A stretch of DNA of 64,000 nucleotides, from positions 564,373 through 628,372 of the forward strand of contig CAVZYU010000005.1 in the NCBI GenBank assembly GCA_963779625.1. The letters are read 5' to 3'. This document shows, piece by piece, positions 48,709-59,744 of this stretch. The position numbers were made by a program, and so were the translations under genes. The notes under the pieces are model-generated. The model was not told the origin of the DNA. It ran no database searches and saw nothing but the letters and a program-made list of their open reading frames with translations. Position 1 is the first letter of the stretch. Each line of letters starts with the position of its first letter. Source of the DNA: an uncultured Actinomycetes bacterium. Its GTDB lineage: Bacteria; Actinomycetota; Thermoleophilia; Solirubrobacterales; Solirubrobacteraceae.

Positions 48709-48765
48709 GAGATTGGGGGGGTTACACCCTGTTTCGGACCGGTGGTCGGATCGATAGTGCCGGGT

Positions 48766-50856
48766 ATGGAAAAGGTCGGACGCAACATGAACCGCCGCGA
48801 GCTCGTGAAGCTCGGACTCTTCAGCAGCGCCGCGCTGGCGCTCCCCGTGGAGCGCGTGGCCCGCACGCAGGTCGCGCTGAGCAACCGGATCGCCACGAGC
48901 GCGCTGCCGCAGCCGTTCACGATCCCGTTCACGACGCCGCCGGTGCTCGTGCCCGATCACCAGACGCAGACGCACGACTACTACAAGCTCGCCCAGAAGC
49001 AGGCGCCGGCCGAGATCCTGCCGGGCAAGCAGACGGACATCTGGGGCTACAACGGCATCACGCCGGGCCCGACGATCATGAACACGCAGGGCCGCTCGGC
49101 CGTCGTTCAGCAGGTCAACGAGCTGCCCGCGGTGCACCCGACCATGCGCTACAACGTCTGGTCCTCCACGCACCTGCACGGGTCCTGCTCCAAGCCGCAG
49201 TACGACGGCTACGCCAGCGACATCACCGATGTCGACTGCTGGAAGGACTACGTCTACCCGAACATCCAGGACGCACGAACGCTCTGGTACCACGACCATG
49301 GCGTCCACATCACCGCCCCCAACGCCTACATGGGCCTGGCGGCGATGTACATCCTGCACGACCCGCACGAGCTGAGCCTGCCGATCCCGCACGGCAAGTA
49401 CGACGTGCCGCTCGTCATCCGCGACGCGATGTTCGAGGACAACGGCCAGCTGTTGTTCGACGACAACGGGCACTCCGGCGCATACGGCGACGTCATCCTC
49501 GTCAACGGCGTGCCGTGGCCGAAGATGCAGGTCGAGCGGCGCAAGTACCGCTTCCGCTTCCTCAACGCCTCGATCTCGCGCTCCTACGACTACAGCCTCG
49601 ACAGCGGCGAGCCGCTCATCGTGATCGGCACGGACGGCGGGCTCATGCCCCACCCGCAGCCGGTCTCGCACCTCAAGCACGGCATGGCCGAGCGCTACGA
49701 GGTCGTCATCGACTTCTCGAAGTACCAGATCGGCGAGCGCGTCGTGCTGCAGAACACCTCGCCGCCGAACAACATCGACTACGACACGACCGGCGTGGTC
49801 ATGGCCTTCGACGTCGTCTCCGAGCCCACGGACACGACGAACAACGAGGTTCCCTACGACCTCAACCCCAACATGAAGGTCATGGGGCTCACCGAAGCCG
49901 ACTCGATGCGCACCCGCCACTTCGACTTCGAGCGCAAGAACGGCGGCTGGACGATCAACGGCACGACCTGGGACGACGTCGTCAACAGCGACTACCAGAT
50001 GGTGCTCGCGAACCCCGGCTTCGAGGACACCGAGATCTGGGAGCTCCAGAACTCATCAGGCGGCTGGTTTCATCCGGTCCACATCCACCTCGTGGACTTC
50101 AAGGTGCTCGACCGCAACGGCCGGCCCCCGTTCGACTACGAGAAGGGCCCCAAGGACGTCGTGTACGTCGGCGAGGGCGAGACCGTGCGGGTCATCATGA
50201 AGTTCGAGAATCAGCAGGGCCGCTACATGATGCACTGCCACAACCTCGTGCACGAGGATCACGACATGATGTGCCAATTCCTCGTGGGCGAGGATTCGCC
50301 GAGCTGCGATCCGATCCACGCCGACGGCGCCGACAAGCGCCCCGAGCGCCCGCTGCGCAACCGCCACGACGGTCCGGACGAGAACGAGGGCGGCGGCAAC
50401 TCCGGCTCCGGCTCCGGCTCCGGCTCGGGTTCGGGCTCCGGCGACAACTCGGGCTCGGGCTCGGGCTCGGGCTCTGGCTCTGGCTCTGGCGGCAGCGACA
50501 ACAGCGGCCCCGGCAACGCCGGCGACCTCGCCACCGCCAGCAGCATCAGCGTCGCGCCGGTCGCGGGCGCCTCGGCGTCGAGCATCGCGAAGAAGTGCGC
50601 GCCGGCGAAGAAGAAGCCCGTCCTGAAGCAGACGGCCAAGCAGAAGGCCGCGCTGAAGCGCAAGCAGGCCGCCGCCAGGAAGTCGACGACGAAGACGCGT
50701 GCGGCCGCCACGGCGAAGGCCAAGGCCACGACGACCGCCAAGAAGCCGGCCACGACCTGCGCGACGCCTGTGAAGAAGAAGGCCGTCGCCAAGCGCAAGC
50801 CGGTCATCGCCTCGCGCAAGCGCAAGCTCACCGCCAAGAAGACGATCGGCCGCTAG
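48766..50856 (+). CDS. Tat-signal multicopper oxidase paralog with (Gly-Ser)n linker and polycationic C-terminal tail
   Basis: NRRELVKLG. Copper motifs THLHG, WYHDH, HPVHIHL and HCHNLVHEDHDMM. Linker GSGSGSGSGSGSGDNSGSGSGSGSGSGSGG. Tail KKCAPAKKKPVLKQTAKQKAALKRK...TTCATPVKKKAVAKRKP. Alternative ATG at 48787. Confidence 0.9.
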   Translation: MEKVGRNMNRRELVKLGLFSSAALALPVERVARTQVALSNRIATSALPQPFTIPFTTPPVLVPDHQTQTHDYYKLAQKQAPAEILPGKQTDIWGYNGITPGPTIMNTQGRSAVVQQVNELPAVHPTMRYNVWSSTHLHGSCSKPQYDGYASDITDVDCWKDYVYPNIQDARTLWYHDHGVHITAPNAYMGLAAMYILHDPHELSLPIPHGKYDVPLVIRDAMFEDNGQLLFDDNGHSGAYGDVILVNGVPWPKMQVERRKYRFRFLNASISRSYDYSLDSGEPLIVIGTDGGLMPHPQPVSHLKHGMAERYEVVIDFSKYQIGERVVLQNTSPPNNIDYDTTGVVMAFDVVSEPTDTTNNEVPYDLNPNMKVMGLTEADSMRTRHFDFERKNGGWTINGTTWDDVVNSDYQMVLANPGFEDTEIWELQNSSGGWFHPVHIHLVDFKVLDRNGRPPFDYEKGPKDVVYVGEGETVRVIMKFENQQGRYMMHCHNLVHEDHDMMCQFLVGEDSPSCDPIHADGADKRPERPLRNRHDGPDENEGGGNSGSGSGSGSGSGSGDNSGSGSGSGSGSGSGGSDNSGPGNAGDLATASSISVAPVAGASASSIAKKCAPAKKKPVLKQTAKQKAALKRKQAAARKSTTKTRAAATAKAKATTTAKKPATTCATPVKKKAVAKRKPVIASRKRKLTAKKTIGR
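50401..50490 (+). repeat. Hexanucleotide (TCSGGC / TCTGGC) microsatellite encoding (Ser-Gly)n
   Basis: tccggc x4, tcgggt, tcgggc, tccggc, gacaac, tcgggc x4, tctggc x3, read directly from the sequence. Confidence 0.85.
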
Positions 50857-51371
50857 CCGTCCGACGGGTCCGGCGCGCACGCGCGCGCCGGCACCCCGCC
50901 GACGCTCGCGCCCGCCGCGACGTCGCGCGTGACGACGGCGTGCGGGCCAACCGTCGCCTGCGCGCCGACGCTGACGCCGCGCAGCACGCTCGCGGAGAGG
51001 CCGATGCGCGCGCCGTCGCCGATCGTCACCGGGTCGGCCGCGAGCGCCTGCGCCCGGATCGGACGCTCGACATCGTCGAAGACGTGGTCGAAGTCGACGA
51101 TCACGGTGCCCTCCTCCAGCTGCGCGCCCGCGCCGATCGTGACGCCGGCGTGCGCCACGACGGTGCAGCGCGGGCCGACCACCGCGCCCGCGCCGACCTC
51201 GACACGGCCGTGATTGACGACGATTCGCGTGGCCTCCCCGATCCGGCAGCCGTCCCCGAGTGCCAGGAGCGCCCCGGGCGCCAGGGAGAACTCGACGTCG
51301 CGGCCGAGCGTCACGTCGCGGCCCACCTGGACGCCGGGGAGGCGGGCCGACCGCCGGGCGCGCAGGCGCAT
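50853..51371 (-). CDS. Left-handed beta-helix (hexapeptide-repeat) acyl/acetyltransferase
   Basis: Imperfect hexapeptide repeats (IGEATRIVVNHGRVEVGAGAVVGPRCTVVAHAGVTIGAGAQL ... IGDGARIGLSASVLRGVSVGAQATVG). The start lies 2 nt after the upstream SGNH gene stop. Confidence 0.8.
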   Translation of the reverse strand: MRLRARRSARLPGVQVGRDVTLGRDVEFSLAPGALLALGDGCRIGEATRIVVNHGRVEVGAGAVVGPRCTVVAHAGVTIGAGAQLEEGTVIVDFDHVFDDVERPIRAQALAADPVTIGDGARIGLSASVLRGVSVGAQATVGPHAVVTRDVAAGASVGGVPARACAPDPSDG

Positions 51372-51373
51372 CG

Positions 51374-52066
51374 TCAACGGCCCAGCGCGCGCTCGCGGGC
51401 GCGACGCAGGAGATCGCGCGCGAGCATGCGCGCATGGGCGGGCGCGTAGCGGGCCGTCCGCAGCCCGTCGGGCGCCGCGAGAGTCGACGGCAGCTGCGTC
51501 GCGCCGAGCGCCCGCGCGACGCGGTCGGCGATGTCGAGCTGGCCGAGGGCCGTCGGGTGCACGACGTCGGGCAGCACGAGCATCCATCCGCCGAAATCCG
51601 TGAGGTTGACGACGACGGCGCTGTGGCGGCGCGCGACGCGGCTCACCGCGGCGTTGGCCTGCGCGGGCTTGGGCGCGCACGTCGGGCGGCCGAGGTCGAG
51701 CGGCAGGGTGAGCATGACCAGCCGCTCGGCACGGGCGGCGAGGCCGGCGGCGATCGCGTCGAGGTCGCGCTCATAGGCGGGTGCGTCCCAGTCGCCCGAG
51801 CGGACGTCGTTGACGCCGACGTAGAGCGCCGCGAGGTCGTAGTCGTTGCGCACGCGCGGGAGCTGGTCGCGCAGGACGTCGGCGGCGGTGGCGCCGTTGC
51901 AGGCATAGGAGTGAAACGGCAGGTCCAGGGCCCGCGCGAGCCACTGCGCCCAGGACAGCGCGGTGACGCCGAGCGCCATCGTCCCCTCGCCCAGGGTGAT
52001 GCTGTCGCCGAGCGCGAGCAGGCCCTTCCGGCACGGTGCGGCCGCAGGGCTCAGCCCGGCTTGCAC
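51374..52066 (-). CDS. SGNH/GDSL hydrolase family protein
   Basis: Block I LALGDSIT, block III VGVNDV, block V VVHPT. Confidence 0.8.
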   Translation of the reverse strand: MQAGLSPAAAPCRKGLLALGDSITLGEGTMALGVTALSWAQWLARALDLPFHSYACNGATAADVLRDQLPRVRNDYDLAALYVGVNDVRSGDWDAPAYERDLDAIAAGLAARAERLVMLTLPLDLGRPTCAPKPAQANAAVSRVARRHSAVVVNLTDFGGWMLVLPDVVHPTALGQLDIADRVARALGATQLPSTLAAPDGLRTARYAPAHARMLARDLLRRARERALGR

Positions 52067-52995
52067 GCGGTGATCATGAGGTTGTAGAAGACCGCGGGGG
52101 GAAGGCGGCCCTCGAGCAGCGCGACATCGACCTTCTGCAGTGCGAGGTAGCCGCGAAACGCGTATTGGCGCCAGAGCATCGGGATGTCCTCCTGCACGGC
52201 GGTCGCCTCGAGCGTGCGGTTGACCCAGCCGAACCAGTTGGCGAGCAGCTCCTCGCCGCGGACGTCGACGCCGTGAAAGCCCGCGTCGCGCGCCCAGGCG
52301 GCGAGGTCGCCGGGCGCGAACGCGTGCACGTCGACGAACGCCTCGAGCGCCTCGCCGTCGCGCGCGTCATGAGGCTCGTCATGCCAGTGGTCGCGCGTGT
52401 CGGGCATCTCGTAGCCGTCGGCGGCGCGGGCGCCGACGAGCGCGCGCCAGAGCGGGGCGGTGCGCAGCGCGGCGCGCTTGGGGTAGGCGGCGATCCGATC
52501 GCCGGTGCGCGACGGCTCGCCCGCGAACACGACGCGGCCGCCGGGCCGCAGCACCCGCCGGAACTCGGCGAAGGCGCGGTCGAGGTGCGGGATGTGGTGC
52601 AGCACCGCGTGCCCGAGCACGAGGTCGAAGGACTCGTCGGCGAACGGCAGCTCCTCGGCATCGCAGGCGGCGGTCTGGACGCCGACGCCGATGCGCCGCG
52701 CGTTGGCCTGCAGCGCGTCGAGCATGCCGGGGGAGATGTCGGTCGCCGTGGCCTCGCGCACCACGCCGTCCTGGAGCATGTTCAGCGTGAAGTAGCCCGT
52801 GCCGGCGCCGATCTCCAGCGAGCTGTCGAAGGTCGGCAGCGGGCAGCCGAGCAGCTTGTGGAGCTTGCCGCGGACCTGCGCTCGACCGATGTCGCCGTAG
52901 TCCACGCCCCACTTCGTGTCGTAGTGGCCGGCGGCGGCGTCGTGGTAGCGCGTGTTGACGTCGCGGATCGCCTCCGCGGTTGCGGGTGCTGCCAT
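52051..52995 (-). CDS. Class I SAM-dependent methyltransferase
   Basis: Motif I LEIGAGTGYFT, post-I ATDISPGML, and FDLVLGHAVLHHIP. Confidence 0.85.
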   Translation of the reverse strand: MAAPATAEAIRDVNTRYHDAAAGHYDTKWGVDYGDIGRAQVRGKLHKLLGCPLPTFDSSLEIGAGTGYFTLNMLQDGVVREATATDISPGMLDALQANARRIGVGVQTAACDAEELPFADESFDLVLGHAVLHHIPHLDRAFAEFRRVLRPGGRVVFAGEPSRTGDRIAAYPKRAALRTAPLWRALVGARAADGYEMPDTRDHWHDEPHDARDGEALEAFVDVHAFAPGDLAAWARDAGFHGVDVRGEELLANWFGWVNRTLEATAVQEDIPMLWRQYAFRGYLALQKVDVALLEGRLPPAVFYNLMITACKPG

Positions 52996-53201
52996 GGGGG
53001 CGCCAGTTTATGGCGGGATGACGTCGGAGGCCGGCGCTGGGAGGGGCGAACGCGCGCGGCGACCACCCAGCCGGTGGCCCGAAGGTCTGCTCTGTCGTGC
53101 GAGTTGCCGCACCGCATTGCGCGGTCTCCCCCGATGCTGCGCCCTGGCCGGCGGTGCATGATCCTGGCGTGCTCGAGGACTGCGGCGGCGGCGATCGATG
53201 G

Positions 53202-53594
53202 ATGGCGCTCACCGGCGACCAGGGCCTGCCGCCGGCCTTCCTCGGATCCGCGCCGCCGCTGCCCGAGCACCCGCCGGATTTCGAGATCCTCACCCTGACG
53301 TCGGCGCGGGCCGGCGACGCTCACACCCTCTGCCTGTTCGGCGAGCTCGACATTGCCGGCACGGGCCGCGTCGAGGACGAGCTCATGCGCATCGAGGCCA
53401 CCGACGCGCCGTCGATCGTCCTCGACCTCAGCGGGCTGGCGTACCTCGACCTCAGCGGGGTACGGCTGGTGCTCGACGCGGAGGCCCGGTCTCGCACCAC
53501 GCCCGGGCGCCTGAAGCTGCTGCGCGGGCCGCTGGAGGTGCACCGCGTCTTTGAGCTGTGCGGCGTCGCCGGCATGCTGCCCTTCGCCGAGTAA
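53202..53594 (+). CDS. STAS-domain protein (anti-sigma-factor antagonist-like)
   Basis: LFGELDIAGTGRVEDEL...IVLDLSGLAYLDLSGVRLVLDA resembles SpoIIAA/RsbV. Start uncertain; the track start is 53097. Confidence 0.7.
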   Translation: MALTGDQGLPPAFLGSAPPLPEHPPDFEILTLTSARAGDAHTLCLFGELDIAGTGRVEDELMRIEATDAPSIVLDLSGLAYLDLSGVRLVLDAEARSRTTPGRLKLLRGPLEVHRVFELCGVAGMLPFAE

Positions 53595-53605
53595 CGCACA
53601 CGACA

Positions 53606-54847
53606 CTAGGCCGCGAGCCGTCCCGCCTCCTCGGTCGCCGCGCGCAGCCGCCGCGCATGCTCGGCCGTCAGCGCTCCCGGCGCCATCCGCCAGCGCCACG
53701 ATCCGGTCGCGCGCCCGGGGATGTTCATGCGCGCCTCGCTGCCGAGGCCGAGGACGTCCTGCGCCTGCACCATCGCCAGGCGCGCCGGCGACGAGAACGC
53801 GAGCCGGATGAGCGACCACCAGACCTCGTCCTCCTGCAGGCCGCCCGCCGCGATGCGCGCGCGCGCCTCGGCGCGCGACGGCTCGTCGAGCGACGACCAC
53901 CAGCCGTGCAGCGTGTCCTGGTCGTGGGTGCCCGTGTAGACGACGCTGTCGCGCTCGTGGTTCTCCATCCGGTGCGGCCCGTGCGGGTCGTTCGGATCGA
54001 AGCCGAACTGCAGCACCGCCATCCCCGGGAAGCCGAGCGCGCGCCGCAGGCGCTCGACGGGCTCGGTGATGACGCCGAGGTTCTCGGCGATGACCGGCAG
54101 CTCGCCGAGCTCGGCGGACGCGGCGTCGAACACCGCGCGGCCGGGCCCGCGGCGCCAGCGCCCGCTGCGCGCGTCGGGCGCGCCCTCGGGAACCGCCCAG
54201 TAGGCGACGAAGCCGCGGAAGTGGTCGATGCGGGTCACGTCGAAGAGCGCGAACGTGCGCCGCAGGCGCTCGGTCCACCAGCGGTAGCGCCGGCGCTGCA
54301 GGGCGGGCCAGTCATAGAGGGGGTTGCCCCAGAGCTGGCCGAGATCGCTGTAGGTGTCGGGGGGCGCGCCGGCGACGTCGGCGTCGCGAAAGAGCTGCGG
54401 CCACGCCAGGTGGTCGGCGCCGCCGGGCGCGACGTAGATCGGCACGTCGCCGATCAGGCCGACGCCGCGCTCGGCGGCATACGCCCGCAGCGCGCTCCAC
54501 TCGCGATCGAAGCGCACCTGGTCGGCGATCGCGCGCCGGCCGCCCGCGGCCCGCGCCCAGTCGTCGATCCAGAACGCCTCGCGCGCGCGGAACCCCTCGA
54601 TCTCGTCGTCGCTCACCGGCGCCGACGGCTCGGCGAGCAGCCCGCGCCAGGCCGCGAACGCGGACTTCGACTTGTACGGCGAGCCCGCGCGGTCGGGCGG
54701 GCCGAGCGGCAGCATCTGCCACCACGACTGCCCGGCGTCCGCGAGCCAGTCGACGAAGCGCAGCGCGTCGTCGCCGAGCCCGCCGGCGGCGAGGCTGGTT
54801 GGATGCAGCTGCACCCCCGATGTGCGATGGACAAGCCGAGCCGGCAC
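53606..54847 (-). CDS. malQ: 4-alpha-glucanotransferase (amylomaltase, GH77)
   Basis: GVQLHPTSL, WQMLPLGP, DVPIYVA, RIDHFRGF, IAENLG and YTGTHD motifs. I prefer GTG at 54847. The track ATG at 54922 would overlap the divergent glgE start. Confidence 0.85.
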   Translation of the reverse strand: MPARLVHRTSGVQLHPTSLAAGGLGDDALRFVDWLADAGQSWWQMLPLGPPDRAGSPYKSKSAFAAWRGLLAEPSAPVSDDEIEGFRAREAFWIDDWARAAGGRRAIADQVRFDREWSALRAYAAERGVGLIGDVPIYVAPGGADHLAWPQLFRDADVAGAPPDTYSDLGQLWGNPLYDWPALQRRRYRWWTERLRRTFALFDVTRIDHFRGFVAYWAVPEGAPDARSGRWRRGPGRAVFDAASAELGELPVIAENLGVITEPVERLRRALGFPGMAVLQFGFDPNDPHGPHRMENHERDSVVYTGTHDQDTLHGWWSSLDEPSRAEARARIAAGGLQEDEVWWSLIRLAFSSPARLAMVQAQDVLGLGSEARMNIPGRATGSWRWRMAPGALTAEHARRLRAATEEAGRLAA

Positions 54848-54875
54848 GTTACGAACCCTCGTAAATGGAAAGAGT

Positions 54876-56815
54876 GTGGGAGTGCCCACTCCAAAGCGCA
54901 GCCAACCGCCGCCGCCACGCATCCAGATCGCCCGGCCGGCGCCGATGATCGACTGCGGGCGCTACCCCTCCAAGCGGACGATCGGCGACTCCGTGGCAGT
55001 CAGCGCGGACATCTTCGCCGACGGCCACGACGTCCTGCGCGCGGTCGTCAGATCCTGTCCTCCGGGCGAGGAGGGCTGGCGCGAGAGCGCGCTGCAGCGC
55101 ATCGACGCCCACATCGACGGCGACCGCTGGGCGGGCGAGTTCGCGGTCGACGCGCTGGGGCGCTGGACCTGGACGATCGAGGCCTGGATCGATGCGTTCG
55201 CCAGCTGGCGCGACGAGCTGCGCCGCAAGGTCGACGCCGGCGAACCCGACCTCTCCGGCGAGCTGTCGGAGGGCGTCGTGCTGCTCGAGCAGGCAGCCGC
55301 GCGCGCCAAGGGCGCCGACCGCAAGGCGATCAACCAGGCGCTCACGCGCCTGCGCGACGACGGCATCCCGCCTGACGCCCACCACGAGGCGGCGCTTGAT
55401 CCCGATCTCGCGGCCGCCGTCGAGCGCCACCCCGACCGCGCGCGCTCGACGGTGATGGACGACCGCCTGCAGGTCGACGTCGATCCCGAGCGCGCGCGCT
55501 TCGGCGCCTGGTATGAGCTCTTTCCGCGCTCGTGGGGCGGCTTCGCCGGCGTCGAGCAGCAGATCCCCGAGCTCGCCGAGCTGGGATTCGACGTGCTCTA
55601 CCTGCCGCCGGTCCACCCGATCGGCCACACGAACCGCAAGGGACCCGACAACGCGCTGACGGCGAGAACGGGCGACCCCGGCTCGCCTTGGGCGATCGGC
55701 GACGAGACGGGCGGCCACGCCGCCCTGCATCCGGACCTCGGCACGATCGACGAGTTCGACGCGCTCGTCGCGACCGCGGCCAAGCACGGGATCGACGTCG
55801 CGCTGGACTTCGCGATCCAGTGCTCGGCCGACCATCCCTGGCTCACCGAGCACCCCGAGTGGTTCAACCGCCGCCCCGACGGGACCCTCAAGTACGCCGA
55901 GAACCCGCCCAAGAAGTACCAGGACATCTACAACGTCAACTGGGACTCCGAGGACTGGCGCGGGCTGTGGGAGGCGCTGCGCGACGTCGTGCGCCACTGG
56001 GCCGACCACGGGGTGACGATCTTCCGCGTCGACAACCCGCACACCAAGCCGGTCGCCTTCTGGGAGTGGCTGATCGCCGAGCTGCGCGCCGACCACCCGG
56101 AGATCATCTTCCTCGCGGAGGCCTTCACCCGCGCGGCGATGATGCGCCAGCTCGCGAAGGTCGGCTTCAACCAGTCCTACACGTACTTCACGTGGAAGAG
56201 CTCCAAGTGGGAGCTGACCGAGTACGTCACCGAGCTCGCGACGAGCGGGATGCAGGAGTACTACCGGCCCAACTTCTTCGTCAACACGCCCGACATCCTC
56301 ACCGAGGAGCTGCAGACCGGCGGCCCGCCGAAGTTCGCCAGCCGGCTCGTGCTCGCCGCGACGCTGAGCCCGAGCTACGGCGTGTACTCGGGCTATGAGT
56401 CCTTCGAGCGCACCCCGGTCCGGCCGGGCAGCGAGGAGTACGACCACTCCGAGAAGTACGAGGTCAAGGAGCGCTCGCTGAGCGGGCCGCTGCTGAACCT
56501 CATCTCGCGCATCAACGCGATCCGCCGCGACAATCCCGCGCTGCAGCAGCTCGACAACATCCACTTCCTGACGACCGAGAACGACGCCCTCATCGCCTAC
56601 GCCAAGCGGACCGGCGACAATACGGTCATCACCGTCGTGACCCTCGATCCCGTCGGTGCGCAGGAGGGGATCGTCGTCGTGCCCTACGGCCTCGGCCTCG
56701 CCCCGGTCTTCACGGTGACCGACCTGCTCTCCGGCGAGAGCTTCGACTGGCGGATGGGCCGCAACTTCGTGCGCCTGGACCCCTATCGCGTGGCGCACCT
56801 GCTGCGGGTGACGCC

Positions 56816-56819
<4 letters not shown>
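54876..56819 (+). CDS. glgE: Alpha-1,4-glucan:maltose-1-phosphate maltosyltransferase
   Basis: N-terminus [52 protein letters not shown] and the FLAEAFT catalytic region. GTG start at 54876 or 54882. Confidence 0.9.
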
Positions 56820-58478
<1,659 letters not shown>

Positions 58479-58492
<14 letters not shown>

Positions 58493-59744
58493 CGACATCA
58501 CCGGGCCGCTCGAGGAGTGGCTCATGGCGCAGCGCTGGTTTGCCTCCAAGGCGCGTGAGGTCGCATCGGTCAACGTCCTTCAGCGGGTGCCGCTCAGCGC
58601 CGACCCTGAGCTGGCGCTCGAGATCGTCGAGGCGCGCTTCCACGCCGGCACGCACGAGCTCTACCAGCTGCTGCCCGGCGCTCCCGACGCGGTGCGGGCG
58701 CTCGCGGAGCTCTTCGGCAGCGAGGTCGCGATGAACGGCGTCACCTTCCACGGCGGCGTCGTGCCCGGCGGGCACATCCGGCCGATGGGCGCCGAGCAGT
58801 CCAACTCGTCGGTGGTGTTCGGCGAGGAGCACGTGCTGAAGGTCTTTCGCCGCATCGAGCCGGGCATCAACCCCGAGCTGGAGATGCTGCGCTTCCTCAC
58901 GGCGCGCGGCTTCGAGAACATCGCCACGCTCACCGGCTGGTACGACTACAGCGGCGAGCTGATGCAGGCGACGCTCGGCATCCTGCAGCAGTTCATCGGC
59001 GAGGCTCGCGACGGCTGGGAGCTCGCGCTCGACGACCCGCGCGGGCTGCTGACGCGCCTGCCCGAGCTCGGCGCCGCGACCGGGCGGATGCACTCGGCGC
59101 TGGCCTCGGACGCGTCTGACCCGGCATTCGCGCCGGAGGAGCCCAGCGACGAAGCGCTCGCGCTGCTGACGGCGACGATCGACGAGCAGATCGAGCGCGC
59201 GTTCCTCGACCTGCCGCCCGACAATCCCGCGCTTGCGCCGATCCTCGGCCGCGGCGAGGAGATCCGCGACCGCCTGCAGGCGATGTCGCACGTGGGGGTC
59301 GGCGGCCGGCTCATCCGCCACCACGGCGACTACCACCTCGGTCAGACCATGCTGCGTGACGCCGGCTGGGTGATCCTCGACTTCGAGGGCGAGCCCGCGC
59401 GCTCGCTGCTGGACCGCCGGCGCAAGCGCTCGCCGCTGCGCGACGTCGCGGGCATGCTGCGCTCCTTCGCGTACGCGGCCTCGGCGTCGGAGCTGCTGCG
59501 CGGCGTCCCCGCGCCCGAGGGCTGGGAGGAGCAGGCGCGCAGCGGCTTCCTCGACGCGTACCTCGAGACCGTCGACGCCACCCTCCTGCCGGCGGGACAG
59601 GCGGCGATCTCCAAGCTCCTCGCCATCTTCGAACTCGAAAAGGCGGTCTACGAACTGCGCTACGAACTCAACAACCGACCTGACTGGGTGGCGATCCCGG
59701 TGGCCGGCATCGCCCGGCTCCTCGACGAGGAGGTGACCTCGTGA
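58479..59744 (+). CDS. pep2: Maltokinase (Pep2/Mak), stand-alone
   Basis: [20 protein letters not shown], and the aminoglycoside-phosphotransferase-like catalytic HGDYHLGQ...ILDFEGEP. Positioned between treS and glgB. Confidence 0.85.

Noticed and set aside
48706-48715. AAGGAG as the ribosome-binding site for an earlier start of the second oxidase
   Set aside because: No ATG, GTG or TTG lies at a workable distance in frame: TTG is only 1 nt away and the ATGs are 55 and 76 nt away. The Tat motif follows the ATGs at 48766 and 48787, so I kept those.
46001-51449. Shadow ORFs over the oxidase genes (46001..48358 minus, 46066..48249 plus, 48300..51449 plus, 48613..49920 minus, 50056..51435 minus)
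   Set aside because: All four copper-binding motifs and the Tat signals occur only in the frames of 46121..48202 and 48574..50856. The others translate to Arg/Gly/Pro-rich sequence.
53097-53201. Track start for the STAS protein
   Set aside because: The N-terminal 35 residues are unrelated to the STAS fold and lie in the promoter gap shared with the methyltransferase gene. The internal ATG at 53202 is more plausible, but this remains unresolved.
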